Source: Craspedostauros australis (lineage: Eukaryota). From it: 64,000 nt of DNA. The stretch's first letter is position 1; each line of letters begins with the position of its first letter. This document shows, in pieces, positions 34,449 through 45,223 of this stretch. The stretch is from the NCBI GenBank assembly GCA_030167865.1, contig JALAGF010000799.1, positions 1-64,000 on the forward strand, in the 5' to 3' direction. A program made the position numbers and the translations under genes. Below the pieces are notes generated by a model. That model had not been told where the DNA came from. It saw only the letters and a program-made list of their open reading frames with translations, and searched no databases.

Positions 34449-35590
34449 ATGACGACAACGCAACCAACACAAATTCAGGTGTGTGCACTCTCACGCAGAG
34501 TCCTTTCAATGGAAGCACCATTGGAAGCCACAAGCCTGCAGCGATGACGAAATGACTCCAATACTCAATGTTAGCGCGCATCAACTGCAATCAACTGATC
34601 CATCCCCATCCTTCTCCTCCCCCCACACATTCACAACTATTCCCACCTTCACACATACAGATCGTCCATGTCGAGGTCGAGGTCCCGCTCGCCATGGGCA
34701 GCAATCGCCAGACGAACGCCACAGTCGACATGACCGCCAAGACCCTGCATCATCATCAGCATGCGGATGACCTGACCGCCGATACTGTTTCGCTCACCTC
34801 ATCCGAACGAAGTGTCGACGGAACAAGCAGCGCTGCCTCCATTGCTCAGAATTCCCGGGCCGCCAACAATACCAAAGCGAAGAACGGCAACAAGCAGCAA
34901 CAGAAGAAATTGCGCCAGAAGAACAAGCAGCAGAAACAGCAACAAGCACAGAACGGCAAGAACAGCAAGAAGGGCAAGAAGTACAACAAGCAGCGTCAGC
35001 AGGAGGCCAAGCTCAGCCAGGCGCAGAAGGAAAAGTACGTCGCCATCGACTGCGAGATGGTTGGAGTCGGGCCACGCGGCTACCAATCCATGCTCGCACG
35101 CGTCACCTGCATCGGCTGGGACGGTGCCGTCCTCATGGATGAATTCGTCCAGCCAACGCAGGAGGTCACCAACTACAGAACTTACATCAGCGGAATCACG
35201 GAGCAGGATCTCAAGCACGCCACCATGTCCATCGAACAATGCCGCGAACAGGTCCTCTCCATCCTCGACGGCAAGATCCTGATCGGCCATGCCCTCAAGA
35301 ATGACCTCAAGGTGCTTCAAATCCAGCATCCATGGCACCAAACCCGCGACACCGGCAAGTACGAACAATTCATGAAGACACGCGACGGGGTGTTGTGGCC
35401 CCGCAAGTTGAAGGACCTTGCCAAAACTCGTCTGCAGCGCGAAATCCAGCTCGATGGACGTCCACATGACCCCTATGAGGATGCCAAGGCCGCCATGGAT
35501 CTCTACCGTCTCGTCCGCATCAATTGGGAGCGCGCCATCTGTTACAAGCTGGAACGCACCAAGCAGATCAACACCAAGCATAACACGTGA
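34449..35590 (+). CDS. DEDDh 3'-5' RNA exonuclease, REXO4/ISG20-like (~319 aa); exons 34449-34478 and 34661-35590
   Basis: Motifs YVAIDCEMVGVG, ARV, VTNYRTYISGI, ILIGHALKNDL, RDT, LKDLA, IQ...HDPYEDAKAAMDLY. A short first exon MTTTQPTQIQ ends at CAG|gtgtgt and joins in phase at atacag|ATC. The first exon is less certain than the domain call. Confidence 0.92.
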
Positions 35591-36696
35591 ACATGCAATT
35601 GCGGCACATGATCATTTGATTTCAACAAACGCAGAGCGCACCATGCTCCACTCCGCTGCATTCGATGGCGAGCAGTCATCCACAGGGATGGACGAACCTC
35701 GACCACCAGCTTGCCATTCGGCTGCTGGATGCAGTCCGCGCCGGTTGCCGTTGTCAATTTCAACCAAGCTTGAACCGCAACTTGGATAATCGACACAGCA
35801 GCAATTGCTTCGACCACATGGCAAAGCACGCATGCATGCTTGGATGGATGGAAGGATGGAAAGACACAAGTCCTCAGACGCATTGAACTGGATGACGTCG
35901 TCTCCTACTGCCCTATGTCAAGTGGCACATGCGAGGCGCACGCCAAGCAAAGCACGCACTGCGCAAAAACATTGCACAGGCAAGGCGACAGCAACAGCAG
36001 TTCCTGACTCTCTCGAGTCGGACTTGGAGCTCGCCAGCATTGCAGCGACAAGGAAGCAATCCATCCATCGCATGCATGCAGCTCCATGCAAAGGGATAGC
36101 CGACACATACCTGTCAGCAAACCACACAACACACTTACTCTCACGAGTAAGGCATAAAGTAACAATCATAGCACCAGCACAACGAACAAATTCAATCCAT
36201 CCATTTCCTTCATGTTGTTCATACGCACATGTCGTCGCTTGCGGCGGGCGGACACGCGATGGCGCAATTCTGGCACGCGTTGGCTTGGGTCCAGAATCGC
36301 CATTTCCCGTGTGGCACGGTCATCGTTCTTGCTTTGATCATCTCCGCAGGCAGCACACCAAGAGAAATAGAGAGGACGTGCCCATCGCTTTTGCTGTCCC
36401 CAATTGCTCAGATTGTCCAAAGTCCTCGGTGGGGGTGCGGAGGGCGTTCCCATCAACATTTGAAAATGCGGACAACGTTCATCATCCATTCTTTCTCTCT
36501 AGCTTTTCTTGCATAGAATGGAAACTGCCAATTGTCCACGTCATATTCATGACTCAAAAAGTATCCGCGATTGAAAAGCCAAATCGCACAACAAGCAATC
36601 CGCAAACGCAAACCAAGAGTGAGAGAGATCCACGATGACGATGATGATGTCTCGGAACTGCCCCTCTGTCCGATTCATGCATTGGTCCATCCAAAT

Positions 36697-36742
36697 TACT
36701 CCACTCTACTCCATTCTACTCTACTCCACTCTACTCTACTCT
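36697..36742 (+). repeat. (CTACT/CCACT)n pentanucleotide microsatellite
   Basis: tactccactctactccattctactctactccactctactctactct. Confidence 0.8.
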
Positions 36743-37308
36743 GCCGACCATGCAATCAACCACCAAGGAGAGATCATGACGTGTGCAATCCACAAGCATC
36801 CATGTCAACGACCGAATGTTTCAGATATGAATGCGCATGGCCAACCGATGGATCTCGCCGCTTGCTGTCGGCCTGGGTCTTGTCACACAAGTCATCCTGT
36901 ATGCGAACGTCATTGGGATGCGCAAAAGTCTGAGAATGTGTGCGACCTCTGAAGAAGGAACTTCAACTTTCCGAAAATTTACACCGTAGAGCATTGGTAT
37001 TGATCGCAGCCACATGAACGCACATACTCTAGTACTCGTGCCACATCATACTATGCGAGCACACATGCCCTCACAGCAAAGAGCCATCGCGATGTGTGCA
37101 GCAAGATGGATTCGTCTGCTCAGGTGCACTTGCGTTCTCATAAACCTGGCAACTGCGGACCCAAAACGCTGGCGAGAGGAAGAGCACGAATACCAAGGTC
37201 GCAGTGCATACATACAATACAATACTCGATCAAACCACAGCTTGAACCACGAGTCCATCATCAATAACAGCAGCAAGACCAGTAGGAAACCCAACACTAT
37301 CTTCCACC

Positions 37309-39288
37309 ATGCTGAGCAAAGATAATGAAACCAGCTTGACTATGCTGAGCATGGAGCTCTCCGAGTTCTCAGTCATCGAAGAGGACTGCTACGTCCTCGA
37401 CGAGATCGAGGAGGTCGACGACGAAGCCGAAGAACATGATGGAGAGATCGGGGCCAGCGACATGAAGATGCTCAAGGGCGAGGCGTCGCACGCCAAGCAA
37501 TCCACCTCCATGCTCCTCGCTGCATTGGAAGCGGACATGAGCGAAGCACAGGACCTCATCAACAAGCTGAAGAATGGCACTGCGACAGCAACGGACAAGA
37601 GCCGTGTGCTTGACCTGAAGAAGAAGATCAGCAAGTCCAGATCCGCGACCGAAGCGGGCAAGGTTCGCGAAGACAAACTCAAGACGACGATCAGAGCTGA
37701 AGAAGAGAGCAGACGAGAGGCTTTCCGCAAGATCAAGATTCGTCAGATCAAGGGTATGGTCAACTCGGTCAAGAAAGCGGAGTCTGTGGATCTTGCATTC
37801 ATCGTTGATGCGACCTCATCCATGGGACCCCACATAGAGGCAGTGAAAAAGAACATCATCGCGATCGTCACACAGGTGAAAGGCTCCAATCGTAGTCTCA
37901 GCCTTCGGTTGGCCTTCGTTGCGTACAGAGACCTTTGTGACACCAACCGATTCGAAGTGCTCGACTTCGTGAAAGATGCAGGACGGTTCCAAACGTTCGT
38001 TGGGGGTATCAGGGCATCTGGCGGTGGCGATACCCCTGAGGACATGGCTGGCGGCATCCAACACGCCAATGCGCTTTCGTGGCGACAAGCTACGCGGGTT
38101 GCATTCATCGTGGCGGATTGTCCATGTCATGGGCGGGAGTTCCACAGTCTCGGCGATGACCATCCTAACGGAACACCAGGTATAGACATCAAGAAGGAAC
38201 TGCGTGCACTCATCGGCAACTGCGGCGAGGGCACCATGTCTGTCCAATTCGGACGCATCACGGCATTTTGTGACAGCATGATCGCGCGCTTCGTCCAAGA
38301 CGGCATCCACCTCAATGTTGTCGACTTCAGCAACGAATTGAAGGTCAAGACCTCCGTCACTTCGAGCGTCCGCAAGTCCATCTTCAAGACGATGTCGTTG
38401 GCTAGTGGAGGCACCAAGGCCGTCTCCTTTGACGAAGGTCCCAAGCGCAAGTCGCGCAAGGCGGCCCTCAAGCCATACAGCATCGAACCCAGACTCCCGA
38501 AAAGCGACGAGTGGACACCAGTCGCGTCCGTGAAGGTGTACCAGAACAAGCGCATCAAGAGCATCAACGACCTCCAAGCTCCTTTGTCGTTCGGGATGCT
38601 ATCATACTTTGATGGCAAGACCAAGACCGACGAGACCAAGGAATCGAAGATGTTCCTTCGCCGCGCCAAAGCACCCTTTGCCGAAGGCGGGTGCCGTCTC
38701 GCGTATCACGCAGAGCTCGCCCGCAAGGAGAAGTCGCTGGGGGCACCGAAGACGAAGGTCGTGCTCAAATGCTTCAAGCACCATGGCTTTGGTGTCAACG
38801 ACCGCATCCAGTACCTCAGACAGATGGAGGTCTCCAACATTGCCCGCTTCTTGGCCAAGGAGTACAACAATTCACCGTTTCGACCAGCGCATTGTGCGCG
38901 GATCCAAGTCTTGATGTCCTGCGTCGTCGAGGAAGAGGACGACGCGAATGAAAAGGACGGCAACCGCCGTTTCTGTGCCGAGGAGGTCCTCCCTTCGGAT
39001 GGTGACATGGATTTCACCAAATTCAGCAACAACACCGGATACTGGGACACCGACAACATGGACGAGACGCTCCTGCGTTTCACAAAGTTCACCCACGAGG
39101 CCACCAACTCGTACCTCATGGTGACAGACCTGCAGGGTGTCAAGAAGAACGGTAAGTTCTACCTCACGGATCCAGTGATCCTTTGCCGCGACATCATGCG
39201 ATTTGGCAACACCAACCTCGGCGAAACCTTCATGATCGAATGCATGGGGTCCACCGAGCATTTCATGAAGGAAAATGGTTGGAGTTGA
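37309..39288 (+). CDS. Alpha-kinase with von Willebrand A domain (VwkA-like architecture), 659 aa
   Basis: vWA domain: VDLAFIVDATSSM, LAFVAYRD, GGGDTPED, IVADCPCHG. Alpha-kinase domain: PFAEGGCRLAY, VVLKCF, FTKFSNNTG, LMVTDLQGV, LTDPVI, FGNTNLG. Confidence 0.93.
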   Translation: MLSKDNETSLTMLSMELSEFSVIEEDCYVLDEIEEVDDEAEEHDGEIGASDMKMLKGEASHAKQSTSMLLAALEADMSEAQDLINKLKNGTATATDKSRVLDLKKKISKSRSATEAGKVREDKLKTTIRAEEESRREAFRKIKIRQIKGMVNSVKKAESVDLAFIVDATSSMGPHIEAVKKNIIAIVTQVKGSNRSLSLRLAFVAYRDLCDTNRFEVLDFVKDAGRFQTFVGGIRASGGGDTPEDMAGGIQHANALSWRQATRVAFIVADCPCHGREFHSLGDDHPNGTPGIDIKKELRALIGNCGEGTMSVQFGRITAFCDSMIARFVQDGIHLNVVDFSNELKVKTSVTSSVRKSIFKTMSLASGGTKAVSFDEGPKRKSRKAALKPYSIEPRLPKSDEWTPVASVKVYQNKRIKSINDLQAPLSFGMLSYFDGKTKTDETKESKMFLRRAKAPFAEGGCRLAYHAELARKEKSLGAPKTKVVLKCFKHHGFGVNDRIQYLRQMEVSNIARFLAKEYNNSPFRPAHCARIQVLMSCVVEEEDDANEKDGNRRFCAEEVLPSDGDMDFTKFSNNTGYWDTDNMDETLLRFTKFTHEATNSYLMVTDLQGVKKNGKFYLTDPVILCRDIMRFGNTNLGETFMIECMGSTEHFMKENGWS

Positions 39289-39903
39289 GCTTCATACAAC
39301 GAGCACGGAGGTGGGCTGAGACTAATCGATTTAGGATGATGGGAGTATCGTACATACGAAGATGGCGATGGTACCACCAAATCAAAGAACTGGTGCTCCC
39401 AATACATAATAACCAACCATACATAATGGAAAGGTGGGACCGTATCACAGTGTCGCAATGAGCAGACCATCATCCAATCGATTCATCCAAGTATTGGCTG
39501 TTTCCATTTCTGTGCGAACCGATACGAGTACACCAACCAACCAAATATGAATCCTTTTCGACTTGCTTGCAATACGTACGAGTAGGAGTGTCTGGACCCA
39601 CCCTGAGTCTTGTCCGTAGCTTGCTTCGGTCGCCACAATAATTCGGATACATTGTGATGAAGACAGGAACAAGTAGCCTTCGAAAATGAAATGACTTGCT
39701 ATGTAAAAATTCTGTACATCTTCACGGAGAAGGCTCGATCGAACCTGCAGCCGTGTGCCGAGGTTGGGTCATCACAATCATATTGTTACGCCCTGTTGTG
39801 TAAAGCAAGCGACCGACCGAGCGAGCAGGAGCGGGTATGTCCTAGAATTGGAACATTCTTCGCTCAGCAGCATCACCATCACGATCCGCGTGATTCATCA
39901 CGG

Positions 39904-41536
39904 CTAATTGCTGAGCTTGCCGTCCATTGTTGCGGTCTTTGCATCTCGCTGCTGGCGTTCCTTCAATTGGCGCTTCGTGAGCGGAATGAGCCACGTCATG
40001 GCCTCCTGCACTCCAACGCCCGTGGATGCCGATGCACATCTGAATCTCATGATCGGGTTGTGATAGTGTGGCATGAGCCGATCGGTGGAGAAGAAGTGTT
40101 GGGAATAGGGCTCGGCGAGGTTGCCCCCGAATACTTGTCCAAGCACCAGCACGGGGATGTCATCTCCGATGTTCTCCCGAACCTGTTGCAGCAAGGAGTA
40201 CTGCTGTGCGTAGTCATACTGTTCCTCTTCTTCATCATCGCTGCCGTCGTCGTCAGCGTCGCCTTCCTTCTTGCCAAGTTTTGGCTCCTCGCCGATCTTC
40301 CAAACGAAAATGACGGCGTCGCAATCGTCATAATACCTTTCCCACAAATTCTGAAGCTTGCCACCGACGTCGAAGAAATGGCACTTGGCGCCGCACACGT
40401 CCAGCTTTGCTAGGTTGGTCCCAACTGCGTACGAGTAGAATGAAGAGACAGTCCAAAGCGAGCGAGCGAGCAAGGAAGCAAGCAAGTGATCATGTGATGT
40501 ACCGTTAGTGGCATGCCATTGTGCACGGACATAGTGTTGATCAAGATTCGGCACAGCACGTGTTACCGAAGAGACGGCAGATACTTTGGGCGAACATACA
40601 TACAAGCACGCGCGGGCTCACGAATCACAACTTACTCGTCGGACGGATCTTGGAGAGCGGGAACATCTTCTTCTTGGATGATAGATGATGCTGTTGGTCG
40701 GAGTCCTGATACAGCGATGCCGGCAGGGAAGTCGGAGCGTCATTTTGTGGCTGTGGTGTCGGCGTTCCCGACAGCATGGACACGACCTCCGCCAGACTAT
40801 CGTTGTCGTCGTTGTCGTCATCCTTGAGATCGATGCTGTCCATGGATATTTCATGCGAATGCAAGCGCGCACGCGCCGGCGGCATGGGTGGTTCCATCCC
40901 TGCTGTCGCGTCACCATTGGCAGCTGATGGCCGCGCTGTGCCACCATTGGGTGCATCTTTGAGCGGGGACGTCTCATCGCTTTCGAGATTGCGCTGCAGC
41001 TGCGCATTGATGCCTTTCTCCACGATGCCGTCATCATCATCATCGTCTCCATCGTCATCCATGATGATGTCCTCATCCTGATCGGCGTCGTTGTTCCTGT
41101 ACTTCTCGGGCGCGGGACAGAAGAGAAGCGGGAATCTCCTCTTTGGCTTCGTGGGCGTGAAAGATGGTGCTGGAGGCGACTTCAATGGTTGCGCGGCGTC
41201 AGCAGCCAATGCTTGTGATCGCGATGTCGCATGGGGTGCTTCTTCTCCTGCAGCATTGCCGCTGGTTTTGGCGATCGATTTCACTTTGAATGCAGCCTGC
41301 TCCATCTCGCTCATCTCGGGTATGCCGCCCAGCTCCAGCTGTTGCTCCAGCGAGGGTGGCAGCGCGTTCGTCGCCAGTTGCGCGGGCGTGAGCGGCGGCG
41401 GTCTCTTGGGAACCTCCGTGACCTTGATACGTTCCAGCAACGCAGTCTTTCCCGATCCTGGGGCACCGACGACGAGCACATTGACCTGCACTGGCGCGAG
41501 GTAGCTGTCGTACAGCCCCGACACAAGACTGAACAT
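39904..41536 (-). CDS. ARFRP1/Arl3p-like ARF-family GTPase with large insertion (~473 aa); exons 41536-40636 and 40424-39904
   Basis: N-terminus MFSLVSGLY, G1 GAPGSGKT. A phase-1 intron, ACGA|gtaag...acgcag|TT, restores KIRPTIGTNLAK. Then FFDVGG, LWERYY.DCDAVIFV, PVLVL, SA.TG.GV.EAM.WL. Confidence 0.85.
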
Positions 41537-42526
41537 GGTTGCGGCAGTTCACACGTTGTCGCAACTTCCTGCACTCAATTGGAGCGGAGTCAAGCAAAGC
41601 AGAGTATGGTATTCTCCAGCAATCCTGAATCGATCGTTGCTGCTGTCGTCGGTGGTGTTGTTGGTTCAAGAGGTACGAGTATGTATTGATAAGGCTGGCC
41701 CCAGGGGATGGTTGCAGCTCTGCCCTTGCATCCACGAATGAACCTTGTTTAACTTTCACAGCGGCGGCGATCGATTTCTTCGTTGCCTCTTGTGCGAATG
41801 ACCACGTTCACGATGCCCCAAGACCTTGCGATGCCTCCTCTCTTGTCGTTGGCGTTGGCGTTGTCGATGTTTTTATTACTCTCATGCACGTATTGCTGCG
41901 TTCAACAACTAATGACAATTGCTTTTCTGGAACTGATCCTGGACGTTGTACTCTGTTCTATGTGCTCGTATCCCAGCACATGAGCAATTGCGACCCTGGC
42001 AGGCATCCTGCTCTCTTCTTGTTCGTCAGAAACTCGTGATCTTCCGTCTTTTGGGCTGGCCGGTCATGTCTTTGGTTGGTTTCGTTTGTGCGAGCAACCA
42101 GCCGTTTGGCATTTTTGGCCACAATCGCGATGAGATACGACTCAACCGAACATGGCTTCATTCACCCCAATAGATTACTTCGACTATTCGAGTTTACCAA
42201 CATAAATATAGACAACATATAGCCAGCGCACGGTCTGACAGATATTTGCGTCCCCCTGCTTACCAGACGATGGAAAAAGGAACTCTTTACCTGTAAAGAC
42301 AATAGAATGAAGCTATTATGCCAATGATTACCTCACTTGTTGTCGTGACGATTCATACTATTCTCAATGTTGAACAAAACACATTCCCATCCAGACTCGA
42401 CGACTTTCCTGCTATACTCCTGATCTCCTTCCTTCATTCATTCATTCATTCATCCAGGAATTCAGTCATTCGTTCTGCAATACGTTTCCCCCTCCTCCTC
42501 CCCTCCCCTCCCCTCCGCTTCAGATC

Positions 42527-45223
42527 TTACATTTCTAGTTCCTGACGAAGATTACCGCTGAGATCCCTGACGAAACGTCGCTTGACGAGGCTCACTTCGA
42601 ATTCCTCTTGATCATCGGGGTCGTCGGCATCCTTCGCAAGACCCGACTCTTCATCGTGCGGATTGCCATGGCGGTCCGTATCGGTCGAATTCTGCGGCGG
42701 ACTTCGGTTGCTGCGTGGGAATGTAATGGCGCGGGATGCCCGCTCCCGGAAAGGATTGATCCAACTGAAGCTGCCGGGGTTGCTGTCGCCTTGGCACATG
42801 TTGTGATCATCGTTGCAGGGGTTGTCGTGGCAGCAATCGGCATGATTGCCCGTGGGCTGTGCCTTTTTATCAACCGTGTTCATGTTCCCTCCAGCGTCCA
42901 CGCTCTTGCTCTTATCTTTGACGTCGATGGTGCCGCTCTTGTTGCCATCAATGCCATCAATGCCTACGCTGCTGGCGTTGCTCCTGCTGCTCCTGCTCCT
43001 GCCACTGCTGTTGCTGCTTGCATGACTCTCGTCGCCCCCCTTGCTGCCACCGTTGCTGAATGCCGAGTCATCTTCTAGGAAGTTGGAATCGTCATTGGCT
43101 GTGGCCGCCTCGGATATCGCATCTGACTTCTGGCTTACCGCGGTGAAGTGAGATGTATCAGATTCCACCGATTTCTGCCTGGATGTGTAGTGTGGCTCGA
43201 GAGCGGCTCCGACGAAGTGGTCCATGATGGCAGCATCCAGCACCATCAGATCCTGGTACCGACGTTCCATGAAGTTCATCTCATCCTGCTTGCTGTTCAG
43301 CTCCACCTCCAGCAGCTCCCTTACGCTTGTTCCTGTTGACGAACCTGGCGTGCTGCTCGTCAGCTGCGTTCCTACGGTCCTCGATCCTTCCGATGAGTAC
43401 CTGCTGGCGATGGCGAGATCGGAGCTGCTATCGTGGACGTGCTTGCTGATGCGCCTACGGCCAGTCATTCTTCTGCGATTGTCGCCTTCGCTACCGCTTG
43501 TCTCCCCAGTCCCATCAGATCCGCTCACATCCTCGTCAAGGAGATTCTTACAGCCCTCTACGCTGAATCCAGCAATGGTAGTGTCATCGCCATCTCCTTC
43601 TTCAACGGCACCCATGACATCCTGCGTAGGAGTGGCATACGCAGTGTGCGGCTGCCCTCGGCTTGCAGACGATGGATAGGTCTGTGAGTCAAATCGTCCA
43701 GCATCCATGCTGCTGGTGGTGTTGGCGCTTGACGTTGGTCGTGGGAGACGTCGTGCAACAGCAGCTTCCACATCCTGAAGCTTGTAAATGTCAGATCTGC
43801 TGGCTTGGGACTCTGCGTCGAAGCTGGGCCTAACCTGAACAGAAACATCTTCCTTGTCAGGAGCGCTTTGATACATTTTTACCCTCGAATTGGCTTGGTT
43901 TGATTGCCGGATTGGCTTGCGCACCTCCTGGCTTTCTCGTCGCAGCTCCTGCTGCTGCTCCTTCTCCTGCTGCCGCTGTTCCTGTTCCTGTTCCTGTTCC
44001 TGTTCCTGTTCCTGTTGTTGTTGTTGTTGTTGACGTTGACGTTGCAGCAGCCATAGTTGTCGTTGACGCTGGCGTTGCTGTTGCTCCTTTGATCGTTTGG
44101 GATCTTTAGTATTGGCCACCCGTTCGCGTCGAGGTGTCCGGCCGCCTTTGGATCTTCGCTGTCGTCTCTGCTGCGAAGATCGGTCGTGCCTAACCTTCTG
44201 CCGGAACCACGACAGAAGCATCCATGCTGCCACCAGAACCATGGTGGAGCACACAATGACCATGGCCAAGCCCATGCTATTGAGTTTGAACCGAGGTGAC
44301 GAGGTCAGTGCCGCAGCATTGCCGGAGGAGTTCGCAGATGAAACATCGTCTCCTCTCGCAGTCTGGTTTTCACCAGTTGGCGACGCGCTTGGGTGCTGCG
44401 AGGCAGCCATGTCTTGCGAACGTATCGCGGTGATATCGACTTGTTGATGTTCCAACGGCAACTGCGCTATCGCATCGTTTATGGCAGGGAGGTATGTTCC
44501 ATCCCGCATGTCCCGTTCAATCAATGCGTAGATGGCTCTGTCCATTGCCTCGCTGTCGGATGACTTCTTGGGGGTGTACGTGATCATCAACGACCCATCA
44601 AATCTCGTGCAGCTCTTCGACGAACTCAGATTCTGCTCTACAGAGCACAATTCATTCTCTGCGATGCGATTGATGTCGCCCGTCGTGATTGTCCTCAACA
44701 CGAATGGCCAGGGTCCAGCTGATGCTGATGCTGATTCTGCTGATGATGACGATGCATCTGGGCAGTTGATGCTGTACACTTTCTCAATGATAGACGAAAG
44801 CACGGCTTCTGCAATCGTCTTCTCCTGCACAAAGGAGAGCTCTTCCAAAATAGAAGTCTCCACCGCGTATCCAAAATCGACCAGCAGAGTTGGTGCGTCG
44901 TCAGTCAGAGTCACCGTTAGAGCCGACGTGCACTCCCTGCTCAAATTGAATGTCTGCGTCATGTCCCCAGTGGCTTGTGTCGCAACCTCAGCCCGAGTAT
45001 TCACGCCAGCGCTGGTGCGTGAGGTCTCGCTGGCTCCTGTGCTTGGAATAACGGCATTCTCCTTCAGTGTTGTTTCTGAATGAACTTCAACTGAGATTGG
45101 CCCGTCATGGTGGGTCTCCACGGACCCCGAAACAACTTCGATGCCGTCTTCATTCGGGAGGTCCAGTCCATCGTCGAAGACGTTGTGTTTGTGATGAGCG
45201 CCGTTTCGTCGTCGAAGAGTCAT
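42527..45223 (-). CDS. Hypothetical single-pass membrane protein (~898 aa) with folded pre-TM domain and long disordered Q/E/S-rich tail
   Basis: Long ORF with one TM helix (GLAMVIVCSTMVLVAAWMLLSWF) followed by a basic stretch. A Cys-containing domain precedes the TM. The start codon is uncertain. Confidence 0.7.
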   Translation of the reverse strand: MTLRRRNGAHHKHNVFDDGLDLPNEDGIEVVSGSVETHHDGPISVEVHSETTLKENAVIPSTGASETSRTSAGVNTRAEVATQATGDMTQTFNLSRECTSALTVTLTDDAPTLLVDFGYAVETSILEELSFVQEKTIAEAVLSSIIEKVYSINCPDASSSSAESASASAGPWPFVLRTITTGDINRIAENELCSVEQNLSSSKSCTRFDGSLMITYTPKKSSDSEAMDRAIYALIERDMRDGTYLPAINDAIAQLPLEHQQVDITAIRSQDMAASQHPSASPTGENQTARGDDVSSANSSGNAAALTSSPRFKLNSMGLAMVIVCSTMVLVAAWMLLSWFRQKVRHDRSSQQRRQRRSKGGRTPRRERVANTKDPKRSKEQQQRQRQRQLWLLQRQRQQQQQQQEQEQEQEQEQEQRQQEKEQQQELRRESQEVRKPIRQSNQANSRVKMYQSAPDKEDVSVQVRPSFDAESQASRSDIYKLQDVEAAVARRLPRPTSSANTTSSMDAGRFDSQTYPSSASRGQPHTAYATPTQDVMGAVEEGDGDDTTIAGFSVEGCKNLLDEDVSGSDGTGETSGSEGDNRRRMTGRRRISKHVHDSSSDLAIASRYSSEGSRTVGTQLTSSTPGSSTGTSVRELLEVELNSKQDEMNFMERRYQDLMVLDAAIMDHFVGAALEPHYTSRQKSVESDTSHFTAVSQKSDAISEAATANDDSNFLEDDSAFSNGGSKGGDESHASSNSSGRSRSSRSNASSVGIDGIDGNKSGTIDVKDKSKSVDAGGNMNTVDKKAQPTGNHADCCHDNPCNDDHNMCQGDSNPGSFSWINPFRERASRAITFPRSNRSPPQNSTDTDRHGNPHDEESGLAKDADDPDDQEEFEVSLVKRRFVRDLSGNLRQELEM
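43975..44058 (-). repeat. Coding (GAACAG)n/(CAA)n repeat giving a poly-Q / QE tract
   Basis: Plus strand shows ctgttc x6 followed by tgt repeats; translates as QRQQQQQQQEQEQEQEQEQEQ. Confidence 0.8.
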
